Shown one piece after another: positions 10,508-20,170 of a DNA stretch of 64,000 bases. Under the pieces are notes generated by a model that saw nothing but the letters and a program-made list of their open reading frames with translations, had not been told where the DNA came from and did no database searches. Position numbers and translations under genes: made by a program. The stretch's first letter is position 1, and every line of letters starts with the position of its first letter. This DNA comes from Gammaproteobacteria bacterium (GTDB taxonomy: Bacteria; Pseudomonadota; Gammaproteobacteria; UBA4575). The stretch is from assembly GCA_965203475.1 (NCBI GenBank), contig OZ241890.1:1873448-1937447 (forward strand), written 5' to 3'.

Positions 10508-12337
10508 ATGAACTTCCCGTCTGCACCGGATCCACATGCGATTTCAGTACTGATTCTTACGATCATCGCATTAATTTTATTTACCCGGGACCGCATTCCC
10601 CTTGAAACATCAAGTTTGCTGGTGATTGCAATACTAGCCGTGGGGTTTGAATTATTTCCTTATGAGTACCGAGGAAAAAATCTACAGTCCATTGAGTTGT
10701 TCTCTGGTTTTGGGCATGAGGCATTGATTGCGGTGTGTGCACTTATGATCGCAGGTCAAGCCTTGGTACGTACGGGTGCGCTTGAGCCAATCGGTCGATC
10801 CTTAGCCAAACTTTGGCGTAAAAATCCTTCCCTGTCTTTGCTGCTTACATTACTCATTGGAGGAGCCTTAAGTGCCTTTATTAATAACACTCCAGTCGTC
10901 GTTTTATTGCTACCTATACTAGTGAGTGTTTCTTTGCGTACTCAACGATCACCTTCTGACGTACTAATGCCCATGGGCTTTGCAACTTTGGTAGGAGGCA
11001 TGTGTACCACCATTGGAACTTCTACAAATTTATTAGTGGTGTCTGTTGCATCCGATTTAGGAGTAGCAAAGTTTTCTATGTTTGACTTTATTCTCCCGGC
11101 GAGTATTGCATCTGTTATCGGAGTAATTTACTTGTGGCTGATTGCACCCAGAATCGTGGCCAAGCGTGAAATTCCTTTAAGCGATTCTTCGCCAAGAGTA
11201 TTTTTAGCTCAATTACATATCCCAGAAAATAGTTCCAGTGTAGGTAAAACACATGCTGAGCTCGTTGAATTAACGCACGGCGCAATGAATGTTGAGCGCA
11301 TTCAACGCGGAGAAAATACCTATCTATCGTTACTTCCTGATGTAGAAATTAAAGCAGGTGATCGATTATTTGTTAGAGATACACCTAAAGAATTAAAAGA
11401 ATATGAAGAAGTACTGCAGGCTACTTTATATTCAAACAATGAGCCCGTAGGTGAGCAAGAATTAGTTTCAACGTCTCAACAACAACTAGCAGAAATTGTT
11501 GTCTCTCAAGGATCTGCCTTAGAAAACACGACTTTATCTCGTATAGGTTTTAGAACTCGCTTTGAGCTAATTCCGCTAGCATTACATCGAGCCGGAAAAG
11601 CGATAGAGAATCTTTATTCTAGTGTGCGCGAAGTGTGGTTGCGAACGGGAGATATATTATTAGTACAAGGAAAGTCAGAAACTATTGCAAATCTAAAAAA
11701 AAGTGGTGATCTGCTGATCTTAGACTCTACTGAAAACTTGCCGCACACTTCAAAAGCCCCTTTAGCACTTTGGATCATGATTGCTATTGTTGGAACGGCC
11801 GCTATTGGTTTACTACCGATTGCCATCAGTGCAGTTTGTGGCGTTTTATTGTTAATCATTACCGGCTGTTTAAATTGGCGTGAAGCCACGCAAGCGTTGA
11901 GTGCTCCCATAATTTTAATTGTAGTTGCAAGCCTTGCTATGGGAGCGGCACTAGTTAAAACCGGAGGGACAGATTATCTCGCAAGTTTATATTTATACTT
12001 TACAGCTGGCGCAAAAGCACCCGTGGTGTTAAGCGGTTTAATATTACTTATGGCTTTACTCACTAACATTGTTTCGAATAATGCAGCAGCGGTCATTGGC
12101 ACACCGGTAGCCGTAAGTATTGCAGATCAATTGGGTCTGCCAGCAGCTCCATTTATTTTAGCAGTACTATTTGGCGCGAATATGAGTTACATCACACCCA
12201 TGGCATATAAAACGAATTTACTGGTAATGAATGCGGGCGGGTATAAGTTTATGGATTTTGTCAAAGTAGGTACGCCATTAACGATCATCATGTGGGCCAG
12301 CTATTCTTGGTTGCTGCCGCTTATCTATAAGCTATAA
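10508..12337 (+). CDS. SLC13/DASS-family anion permease with central TrkA-C domains
   Basis: 609 aa. Two hydrophobic halves flank a soluble region of about 200 aa, which is typical of CitT/SLC13-like permeases with RCK-C domains. Confidence 0.7.
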   Translation: MNFPSAPDPHAISVLILTIIALILFTRDRIPLETSSLLVIAILAVGFELFPYEYRGKNLQSIELFSGFGHEALIAVCALMIAGQALVRTGALEPIGRSLAKLWRKNPSLSLLLTLLIGGALSAFINNTPVVVLLLPILVSVSLRTQRSPSDVLMPMGFATLVGGMCTTIGTSTNLLVVSVASDLGVAKFSMFDFILPASIASVIGVIYLWLIAPRIVAKREIPLSDSSPRVFLAQLHIPENSSSVGKTHAELVELTHGAMNVERIQRGENTYLSLLPDVEIKAGDRLFVRDTPKELKEYEEVLQATLYSNNEPVGEQELVSTSQQQLAEIVVSQGSALENTTLSRIGFRTRFELIPLALHRAGKAIENLYSSVREVWLRTGDILLVQGKSETIANLKKSGDLLILDSTENLPHTSKAPLALWIMIAIVGTAAIGLLPIAISAVCGVLLLIITGCLNWREATQALSAPIILIVVASLAMGAALVKTGGTDYLASLYLYFTAGAKAPVVLSGLILLMALLTNIVSNNAAAVIGTPVAVSIADQLGLPAAPFILAVLFGANMSYITPMAYKTNLLVMNAGGYKFMDFVKVGTPLTIIMWASYSWLLPLIYKL

Positions 12338-12342
12338 GCGGC
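12316..12342 (+). terminator. hairpin overlapping the permease stop codon
   Basis: Arms gccgcttat / ataagcggc (9 bp) with a 9-nt loop. The T-tract is weak. Confidence 0.3.
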
Positions 12343-12394
12343 TATACGTTAAATACAAAATTTAGCTAACTTTTCAAATATTCTGGAGTCATAC

Positions 12395-12919
12395 ATGAAC
12401 ACTACACGGATGGTAGATATGAATCAGTTGAAATTTTTAATTATTGTAATTAGCAGTATGGTGTTTATCGTTGCATGCTCGCATACACCAAATAAACCTC
12501 CTGTTACACAAAACACTAAAAAAGTTTCAACGATCACAAAAATTGCTAATTCTCAAGGTGAACAAATTGCAGGAATTGCGCAATCCATGTTGGGCAAACC
12601 CTACAAATATGGCGGCAAATCACCTAACGGATTTGATTGCAGTGGGCTAGTGTATTACAGCCATAGTAAACTCGGTATCTCAACACCGCGTACCTCCTCA
12701 CAGCAACACAAACACTCCACACCGGTTGCTTTATCTCAATTGCAAACAGGAGACTTAGTGTTTTTCACATTAAATTCTAAAAATATTTCACACGTAGGAA
12801 TTTATGTTGGAGATAATCAATTTATTCATGCGCCAAAATCAGGCAAAAGAGTTTCTGTGAGTTACTTGAATGACCCTTACTGGAAAACACGCGTGGTCGG
12901 TGGTGGGCGTTTTTACTAG
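12395..12919 (+). CDS. NlpC/P60 (C40) family peptidoglycan endopeptidase lipoprotein
   Basis: 174 aa with a lipobox-like IVAC, the catalytic motif GFDCSGLV and the downstream motif HVGIY...FIHAP. Confidence 0.85.
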   Translation: MNTTRMVDMNQLKFLIIVISSMVFIVACSHTPNKPPVTQNTKKVSTITKIANSQGEQIAGIAQSMLGKPYKYGGKSPNGFDCSGLVYYSHSKLGISTPRTSSQQHKHSTPVALSQLQTGDLVFFTLNSKNISHVGIYVGDNQFIHAPKSGKRVSVSYLNDPYWKTRVVGGGRFY

Positions 12920-13067
12920 CTTCTAAAACATGAACTAGGTCTGATTTTCCCTATTTGTAGACCCCAATAATCCTCAACTACTAACCATTTATCTACATTG
13001 ATCCAAGCTAAATTCTTAAATCGATTATTATAAGTATTACCTTACACACGGACGTTAAGGGGATATT

Positions 13068-13229
13068 GTGGACAAGGAAGTTAGACAAAAAGTCTCGCCC
13101 ATTTTTGAGAAATTACGCAAGCCCGACCCATCGGTAAAAACCCGTAAAACTGATCGTTTGAATGTCGAGCAAATGCTGCTTGAGCATGAAGAAAACGAAA
13201 TTGAACATTTAAGAAGAATTACCGAGTAA
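13068..13229 (+). CDS. possible small basic/acidic protein (53 aa, GTG start), absent from the ORF track
   Basis: I read this directly from the DNA. An aagggg SD sits 5 nt before the GTG, and the frame is open to the TAA at 13227-13229. No family recognised. Confidence 0.3.
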   Translation: MDKEVRQKVSPIFEKLRKPDPSVKTRKTDRLNVEQMLLEHEENEIEHLRRITE

Positions 13230-13253
13230 CGACAGCTACAAGTTCTCTAATAG

Positions 13254-13934
13254 TTAATTAGCTTCTTGCTTAGCTAAAATTTCGATCAATTCTAAAACTT
13301 TTTCATAACCACCAGCACTACTGGCATTGGTACGATATTTACCATTGACGATTACGGCAGGCACAGAAGTTGCGCCATATTGTCGAGATAGCTGATCTGC
13401 CCGTTTGATTTTAGTTTCGACATAAAACGAGTCATAGGCTTTTTTAAATTCTTCAGCATCTACCCCGTGTTGGGATAAAAAACGCGACATGGATTCAACA
13501 TCGCGTAAACGTCTTCCTTGGGCATGAATAGCTTCGAAAATAATTGGATGAACGCGTTCTATTTCACCCATGGTCTCTAATGCATAATATGCCCGTGCAT
13601 GCGGCACCCAACTTCGATTCAACACGGCTGGCATTGGTGTAAACAAAATGTTTTCGGCTTTGTTTGGTTTCCAAACTTTTAAATATTTTTCAAATTCATA
13701 ACAGTGGGGACATCCGTACCAAAATAATTCCACCACTTCTACTTGACCTTCTTCTACATCGGTAGCCACTGTTGGAGAAAGTCGGTGAAAATGTTGTCCT
13801 TCAACAAACTGTGTAGATGGCGGTTTGCTTTCTTCTGCACACGCCGTAACAAAACTAATTGCGGTAAATAGAATTACACAAAAGATATATTTTACTTTTA
13901 CTACTTGAGTAGAGTAATTTTTTAATAAGTTCAT
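13254..13934 (-). CDS. dsbA: thiol:disulfide interchange protein DsbA
   Basis: 226 aa with a signal/anchor sequence, the thioredoxin active site CPHC and a DsbA-like C-terminal VPAVIVNGKY. Confidence 0.88.
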   Translation of the reverse strand: MNLLKNYSTQVVKVKYIFCVILFTAISFVTACAEESKPPSTQFVEGQHFHRLSPTVATDVEEGQVEVVELFWYGCPHCYEFEKYLKVWKPNKAENILFTPMPAVLNRSWVPHARAYYALETMGEIERVHPIIFEAIHAQGRRLRDVESMSRFLSQHGVDAEEFKKAYDSFYVETKIKRADQLSRQYGATSVPAVIVNGKYRTNASSAGGYEKVLELIEILAKQEAN

Positions 13935-14022
13935 AATTCTAGTTATTAGGAATAATTAAGCATAAGACCAAAGGTAAAAATAAAAGTTCTAATGCTAATT
14001 TTTTAGCTAGCACATCAGTGGC

Positions 14023-14664
14023 TTAATGCAAGCCTGCAATATATTCAGAAACGGCATCAATTTCGATATCCGTCATATAACTGGTAATTTGTTTCATCAT
14101 ATTCAAATTATCATCGGGCTGATAGCGCGCACCAGAACGATAGGCTCTTAATTGTGCGGCTGTGTAGACTGCATGTTGGCCATCAAGACGTGGAAATTTT
14201 GCGGGCGCATTACCTGCACCATCTGGGCCATGGCATGACATACATGCAGGTACGCCAGTAGCAGGGTTCCCGCCGCGGTAAATTCTTTCACCAATGGTAT
14301 AAAACTTTTCACCTTCAAATTCTTTATCTGGATCTGCAGAGCCGCCAGTTTGTTCTTGTGCCGCATAATAAGCCGCCAAATCTAAAATATCTTGCTCACT
14401 TAAATTGGACGTTTGAGGATTCATTAACGTGTTTACACGAATTTTATCTCTAAATAATCGTAGCTGATCGATAAGATATTTTTCGCCTTGTCCTGCAATT
14501 TTGGGCCAAGCCGGATTTACACTATTTCCATCTACGCCATGACAAGCAACACAGGGTTCAGATTTCTTTTTACCTGCATCTGCATTTCCTTCAGCAAATA
14601 CTTTTCCTGAGAATAGACCAATAAGTGCAGTCGTTAGTAGTAATGACCAAAAGACCTTATTCAT
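14023..14664 (-). CDS. cc4: diheme cytochrome c4
   Basis: 213 aa with a signal peptide and two heme sites, CVACH and CMSCH. It sits next to dsbA and engB, as in Pseudomonas. Confidence 0.88.
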   Translation of the reverse strand: MNKVFWSLLLTTALIGLFSGKVFAEGNADAGKKKSEPCVACHGVDGNSVNPAWPKIAGQGEKYLIDQLRLFRDKIRVNTLMNPQTSNLSEQDILDLAAYYAAQEQTGGSADPDKEFEGEKFYTIGERIYRGGNPATGVPACMSCHGPDGAGNAPAKFPRLDGQHAVYTAAQLRAYRSGARYQPDDNLNMMKQITSYMTDIEIDAVSEYIAGLH

Positions 14665-14909
14665 GCTTATGTAACCTTGTTTTTTATCTGTAGTTATTTA
14701 TTTCGAATATCATCAGAGCTAGGGTTTAAACGGCAGCTTGGTATACCACAATCCCCGCATAGCCGCAAAATACGCCCCTTCTCCTAAACGGGACATCATG
14801 GACTCAATTTTCAAGTACAGTATCGCCGTAGGCGCTAATATCTTACTATCACAGACTTTCGCTGACAGCCATACCAAGGCAACAATTGTACACATTGTTT
14901 GTATCCCCA

Positions 14910-15530
14910 ATGAGTATTCCTTTTACTAAAGCACAATTCTTGCGCAGCGCTTCATCGGCTGGAGATTTTCCAATTGATGCCGGCGCTGAAATTGCATTTT
15001 GTGGTCGATCCAATGCAGGGAAATCAAGTGCTATAAATGCACTTTGTAATCAAAATAATTTAGCTCGCACCAGCAAGACGCCGGGACGTACTCAATTAAT
15101 TAATTTTTTTACACTGGATGGTGATACTCGTTTGGTTGACTTGCCCGGCTATGGTTATGCTAAAGCGCCCGTAAACGTACAGCGACATTGGCATGAGTTA
15201 ATGGAGACCTACTTGGTCAATCGGCAAGTGTTGTACGGGCTCGTTTTGCTTATGGATATACGCCACCCACTCACTGAAATTGATTGGAAAATGATTCATT
15301 GGAGTCAACATTACCAATTACCTTTATATGTATTGCTGACCAAGGCCGATAAAGTAAAACGTGGAAAAATGATGCAAACTGTAACCAAAGTTGCTGCACA
15401 ACTTGAACAAGAGATGCCGGAAACCGCAATTCAGGTGTTTTCCGCTACCAAAAAAATGGGCGTTTCCCAGGCTCAAAATCACCTAGCAAATTGGCTGGAA
15501 TCGGCTCTTACTGAAAAAACGCCCCGGTAA
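14910..15530 (+). CDS. engB: ribosome-biogenesis GTPase EngB/YihA
   Basis: G1 motif GRSNAGKSS, followed by DLPGYGY and TKADK. I prefer the ATG at 14910 to the TTG at 14886 given in the track. Confidence 0.88.
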   Translation: MSIPFTKAQFLRSASSAGDFPIDAGAEIAFCGRSNAGKSSAINALCNQNNLARTSKTPGRTQLINFFTLDGDTRLVDLPGYGYAKAPVNVQRHWHELMETYLVNRQVLYGLVLLMDIRHPLTEIDWKMIHWSQHYQLPLYVLLTKADKVKRGKMMQTVTKVAAQLEQEMPETAIQVFSATKKMGVSQAQNHLANWLESALTEKTPR

Positions 15531-15623
15531 CGATTACCGGGGCCAAGCTTAAGGACTCGGTTGGGGACCCCGAGCCGTTAAATGCCCGCTAAGGGAGGGA
15601 AGCGGGAGCGCATTATCTGCGCT
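15514..15623 (-). ncRNA. candidate sigmaE/AlgU-dependent sRNA (ErsA/Spot 42 locus equivalent)
   Basis: The minus strand reads as follows: a promoter (next feature), hairpin GCGCAgauaaUGCGC, hairpin CCCGCuucccucccuuaGCGGG, hairpin CUCGGgguccccaaCCGAG, then the terminator GCCCCGGUAAucgUUACCGGGGC followed by G and UUUUUU. The stretch is GC-rich in an AT-rich genome. The ends are approximate. Confidence 0.55.
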
Positions 15624-15629
15624 TATTCC

Positions 15630-15656
15630 TTAGAGGATAAAAATAAGAAAAAGTTC
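15630..15656 (-). promoter_or_regulatory. sigmaE/AlgU-type promoter
   Basis: The minus strand reads GAACTT-N16-TCTAA, against the consensus GAACTT-N16/17-TCTGA (AlgU) or TCAAA (RpoE). Confidence 0.55.
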
Positions 15657-15734
15657 GCCTTATATTTCAAGACGATAGAAAAGTTTAGATGCTGTTTGAC
15701 GAATTTGTGGACAATGCTAAATTAAAACGGATAT

Positions 15735-16112
15735 TCAAAACCGCGTTTTGATCGAAATGCCGTAACCGTCTTCGTCCTCATCAGGAATGATGCGATCGTA
15801 GCGATCTTCAGCTCGTATCTGATCTAAATTGTCCCCTTGATACAATTGAAAGGAAAATTTTTTCTGTATAGGAGAATTGGTTTCTAAATCAAGAATGGTA
15901 TTGCTACGCATATTAATATCAAGATTTTGGCTGTTTTTAATAATGGCATTGGGCGACCAGATAAAGGGAAAACTGGTCTCTGAAGTTTCGAAGCCCTCAT
16001 ACTCTAGATCCAATGCCATCGCCACCTGTGCTACAGATGAAGCTGATGTTACTAGCGCGAGAAATAAAGTTACTTTTATGACATTCCTTATCATGCAAAA
16101 GTCCTTGAGCAT
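15735..16112 (-). CDS. hypothetical secreted protein
   Basis: 125 aa with a signal-peptide-like N-terminus. No family recognised. Confidence 0.4.
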   Translation of the reverse strand: MLKDFCMIRNVIKVTLFLALVTSASSVAQVAMALDLEYEGFETSETSFPFIWSPNAIIKNSQNLDINMRSNTILDLETNSPIQKKFSFQLYQGDNLDQIRAEDRYDRIIPDEDEDGYGISIKTRF

Positions 16113-16330
16113 TGTTCACTCTTAATAAAGAGTGTTCTTTAACTTCAGGCAATATATAAGAGTAAAAAGAGTAATTGCTACGACGCGAGATAAAATGTAG
16201 GTCGTAAAAGATAAGTGGGAAATGCTTACAGTACCCAATTTCCTTGAGTGATCAACATTGTTTCATTGTAATGTTTGTAACGTACTAATTTTGGATGAGT
16301 TGCAATTAGTATCTATACATAATCAATAAG

Positions 16331-19063
16331 TTAATGTGCCTCATCCCAATTGTCACCAATAGCAACATCCACCACTAGCGGAACCGATAGTTCTGCAGCT
16401 CCCTGCATGTCTAGAATTACGCGTTGTTGTACCGCTTGCAAATCCTTCTCATTTACTTCAAATACTAATTCATCATGCACCTGCATAATCATCTTGCAAT
16501 CATGTTGCTGCGTTTGCAGCCAAGCATCAATTTGAATCATAGCGCGTTTAATAATATCAGCTGCTGTACCTTGCATTGGGGCATTAATGGCAGTGCGCTC
16601 TGCGTATTGTCGTCGTTGCACATTTTTATTATTTATATCGGGCAAATAAAGTCTTCGACCAAACAGTGTCTCAACATATCCTTGCGAGCGGGCTTGCTCA
16701 CGTATGTTATCCATGTATTTTTTTACGCCTGGATAACGTTGAAAATATAAGCTGACATATTTTTGTGCCTCGGTGCGGGTAGTTCCAAGTTGTCGTGCCA
16801 ATCCAAAAGCTGACATGCCATAAATTAAGCCAAAATTAATTGCTTTGGCTGCTCGGCGTTGCTCTGCTGCAACCTCGCTCAACTTCAAACTAAACACTTC
16901 TGCTGCTGTGGCACGATGAATATCTTCGCCATCTGCAAACGCTTCACAAAGTCGCTCATCATTGGATAAATGCGCCATGATGCGCAATTCAATTTGCGAA
17001 TAATCGGCTGCTAAGATTTTACACTCTGGTGCTGCAATGAATGCTTTACGTATACGGCGTCCTTCTTCATTACGAATGGGTATGTTTTGTAAATTTGGAT
17101 CAGTAGACGACAGTCTTCCAGTAACGGCAACCGCTTGATGATACGAAGTGTGCACTCGATTGGTTTTAGCATTGATTAGCATGGGTAATTTATCCACATA
17201 GGTAGATTTTAATTTGCTCAGCATACGGTGTTCTAACAATAATTTTGGTAGTTCATAATCGTTAGCTAATTCTTGCAAAACATCCTCTGCTGTAGAGGGT
17301 TGACCTTTCGGTGTCTTACGCCGCACAGGTAAGCCCTGTTTCTCAAATAGAATTTCCTGAATCTGTTTAGGAGAACCTAAATTAAATTTCTCGCCTGCAA
17401 CGTCAAAGGCTTGTTTTTCTACGTCGGTTATTCGTTTTGAAAGTTGCTTACTTTGTTGTTGTAGTTGTTTGGCATCGAGCAATACTCCATTTCTTTCTAT
17501 ATTTGAAAGAACCGTTAACATCGGTAATTCAATCGTTGTATAAAGCTCTTTTTGTTTTGATTTATTCTTCTGCTGCAATTCAGACCAAAAAATATTGTGC
17601 AAACGCAGCACCATGTCGGCATCTTCAGCTGCATAGTCCGTAGCCGTTTCAAGATCTACTTGATCAAAAGTAATTTGGTTGCTACCTTTTCCTGCAACAT
17701 CTTCAAAATGAATATTGGTATGGTCTAGATGCTTTTCACATAGGGTGTCTAGATCATGTCGACTAGCTACTGAATTACATACATAGGACTGCAACATTGT
17801 GTCGTGTTGAATTTCATTCAAATGGACATCATGATTTAGTAGTACGCTTCGATCATATTTTAAATTATGGCCTATAAGTTTGGACGGATTCGCATTAAAC
17901 ACAGGTTCCAGTTGTTGTAAAATTTCTTCACGATGTAATTGCTTTGGCGCATCAGGATAGTCATGCACAAAAGGTACATATGCTGCCTCACCAGGTTTAT
18001 CCGAGAAAGAAATTCCCACCACGTTAGCCTGAATATAATCTAAACTGTCTGTTTCGGTATCAAATGCGACAAGCTTTGCTTTTACTAAACGTTTTAACCA
18101 ACGCTGAAAATCTTTTTTAGTAAGAATCAATTCATATTTGCCTTTCCCTGTGACAGGCTTGTCTTTTGTTTGTACTTCATCGTCAATTTCAGACTCATCA
18201 ACATCTAGTGTTTTCAACCAAGACTTAAACTCAAGTGCTTTATATAATTTGTATAGCTGTTTTGAATCTGGCGACTGCACTCGCAAGTCATCAATCGATT
18301 GCTCAAGTGTTACATCACATTTAATGGTCGTTAACTCCGAAGATAGTGGTAGTTGATCGATATGATCACGTAATTTTTCCCCCACCTTACCTTTAATTTG
18401 TTCTGCATTTTTTACCACACCATCTAGCGTTTTATATTCGTTTAACCATTTAGCCGCCGTTTTGGGTCCAACACTGGGCACACCTGGAATGTTGTCTGAC
18501 TTGTCTCCCATCAATGCCAGATAATCAATAATTTGATCCGGAGTTACACCAAATTTTTCTTTCACGCCCACCTCATCCATGCTGGTATTACTCATCGTGT
18601 TTACCAACATGACATCCTTATTTACGAGTTGCGCCATATCCTTATCCCCTGTTGACACTAAAACCTTATGTCCTTTTTCCACTGCAAGTTTGGCAAGTGT
18701 GCCAATTACATCATCTGCTTCCACACCTGGTTCCGAGATTAAAGGCAAGCCTAAGGCTTGCACTAACTCATGTAAGGGCTCTATCTGTGTTTGTAAATCC
18801 TCAGGCATCGAAGGACGATTAGCTTTGTATTCCTTGTATAAATCATGTCGAAATGTTTTACCTTTGGCGTCAAACACAACAGCCATATGTGTAGGATTTT
18901 CATCAGCCTGTAATTTCTTAATCATATTAATCACGCCATACACAGCGCCTGTTGGTTGGCCTGCTGATGTGCTGAGATGTTGCAGGTTCGGCACATGATA
19001 GGCTCGATACAAATAGGATGAGCCATCGACTAAAACCAAAGGCGTTGAATTTTTTTTAGGCAT
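16331..19063 (-). CDS. polA: DNA polymerase I
   Basis: 910 aa with 5'-3' exonuclease, 3'-5' exonuclease and family A polymerase domains. Motifs include DYSQIELR and QVHDELVFE. Confidence 0.97.
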   Translation of the reverse strand: MPKKNSTPLVLVDGSSYLYRAYHVPNLQHLSTSAGQPTGAVYGVINMIKKLQADENPTHMAVVFDAKGKTFRHDLYKEYKANRPSMPEDLQTQIEPLHELVQALGLPLISEPGVEADDVIGTLAKLAVEKGHKVLVSTGDKDMAQLVNKDVMLVNTMSNTSMDEVGVKEKFGVTPDQIIDYLALMGDKSDNIPGVPSVGPKTAAKWLNEYKTLDGVVKNAEQIKGKVGEKLRDHIDQLPLSSELTTIKCDVTLEQSIDDLRVQSPDSKQLYKLYKALEFKSWLKTLDVDESEIDDEVQTKDKPVTGKGKYELILTKKDFQRWLKRLVKAKLVAFDTETDSLDYIQANVVGISFSDKPGEAAYVPFVHDYPDAPKQLHREEILQQLEPVFNANPSKLIGHNLKYDRSVLLNHDVHLNEIQHDTMLQSYVCNSVASRHDLDTLCEKHLDHTNIHFEDVAGKGSNQITFDQVDLETATDYAAEDADMVLRLHNIFWSELQQKNKSKQKELYTTIELPMLTVLSNIERNGVLLDAKQLQQQSKQLSKRITDVEKQAFDVAGEKFNLGSPKQIQEILFEKQGLPVRRKTPKGQPSTAEDVLQELANDYELPKLLLEHRMLSKLKSTYVDKLPMLINAKTNRVHTSYHQAVAVTGRLSSTDPNLQNIPIRNEEGRRIRKAFIAAPECKILAADYSQIELRIMAHLSNDERLCEAFADGEDIHRATAAEVFSLKLSEVAAEQRRAAKAINFGLIYGMSAFGLARQLGTTRTEAQKYVSLYFQRYPGVKKYMDNIREQARSQGYVETLFGRRLYLPDINNKNVQRRQYAERTAINAPMQGTAADIIKRAMIQIDAWLQTQQHDCKMIMQVHDELVFEVNEKDLQAVQQRVILDMQGAAELSVPLVVDVAIGDNWDEAH

Positions 19064-19211
19064 TTATTTGCACAAGAGTTGTATATCGCTAGTGATCAAA
19101 CTGAAGGGGCGCTATTATGTCGCCACATTTTAATCGATCGACGCATTGAAAATTACCACTACATTAGCCCGGTATCTTTTGATTGAAAAATAGTAATACC
19201 CATAAACAAGT

Positions 19212-20153
19212 ATGTCAGTCTATACAATTATCGAGCAAGCCGAGCTTGAAGATTTTCTCAAGAATTATTCTGTTGGGAAATTAATTCATTTTGCTGGAAT
19301 TAATGCTGGCATTGAAAATACAAACTATTTCGTAACTACAGAAAACGGTGAATTTGTACTCACTATTTTTGAAGAAATCGGTTTTGATACCTTACCTTTT
19401 TACTTATCTTTAATGGCACATTTGTCAGATCATGGCATGCCTACTGCGCATCCCATTGCGGATCTATATGACGATTATCTTCGCGTCTTAAAAAATAAAC
19501 CGGCCGCTATTGTACGCAGACTTGAAGGTAGCAATGAATTAAATCCAAATCCGGTGCATTGTGAAGCGATCGGACACGCACTCGCACAAATACACAAACT
19601 TGGTCAGCATTTTACCGATTCTTTAGCAAACCCTCGTGGCGTGGAATGGTCTGAAGAAACGGCGAATCAAGTCATGTCCAAACTTACTGCCGAAGATCAA
19701 GCCTTATTAAGAAATGAAATTGAATACCGCAAGAACATTCCTAATAAACCGCTACCACAAGGGGTAATTCACGCAGACCTATTTCGTGATAACGCAATGT
19801 TTAAAGATAATGCACTGACTGGAATTATTGATTTTTACTATGCATGTAACGATCACCTGCTGTATGACTTAGCCGTTACGATAAATGATTGGTGTAGCCA
19901 GAAAAATGGCGAATTAAACATGGCATTGTACGAATCGTTGATTAATGCATATCGATCTGTAAGAGCATTTGAAATGTATGAGCAAGAAACGTGGCAGTAC
20001 ATGTTACGTGCAGCCGCTTTGCGGTTTTGGCTGTCACGATTGCGCGACAAGATTTTTCCAAAAGATGGAGAAATTACACACGTGAAAGATCCCAATGTTT
20101 TTAAAAACATCTTATTGGCAAGAATAAACCATGCGCCTACATTACATATGTAG
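19212..20153 (+). CDS. thrB: homoserine kinase (ThrB, aminoglycoside-phosphotransferase-fold type)
   Basis: 313 aa. The N-terminal MSVYT...L..FL..Y and the motif GVIHADLFRDN are typical of the Pseudomonas-type ThrB. It is divergent from polA. Confidence 0.85.
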   Translation: MSVYTIIEQAELEDFLKNYSVGKLIHFAGINAGIENTNYFVTTENGEFVLTIFEEIGFDTLPFYLSLMAHLSDHGMPTAHPIADLYDDYLRVLKNKPAAIVRRLEGSNELNPNPVHCEAIGHALAQIHKLGQHFTDSLANPRGVEWSEETANQVMSKLTAEDQALLRNEIEYRKNIPNKPLPQGVIHADLFRDNAMFKDNALTGIIDFYYACNDHLLYDLAVTINDWCSQKNGELNMALYESLINAYRSVRAFEMYEQETWQYMLRAAALRFWLSRLRDKIFPKDGEITHVKDPNVFKNILLARINHAPTLHM

Positions 20154-20170
20154 TCTCTGAAATATATATT

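Noticed and set aside
15521-15543. Hairpin ccccggtaa/ttaccgggg as the plus-strand terminator of engB
   Set aside because: On the + strand it is followed by ccaagctt, with no T-tract. On the minus strand it is followed by G plus six T and preceded by a promoter, so I assigned it to the candidate antisense sRNA.
16350-18998. Several + strand ORFs of 61-139 aa inside polA
   Set aside because: They are antisense shadows of a 910-aa gene with unambiguous Pol I motifs. The same reasoning applies to antisense ORFs inside speA, comM, uvrD, ubiB, hslU, recG, spoT and the mrp genes.
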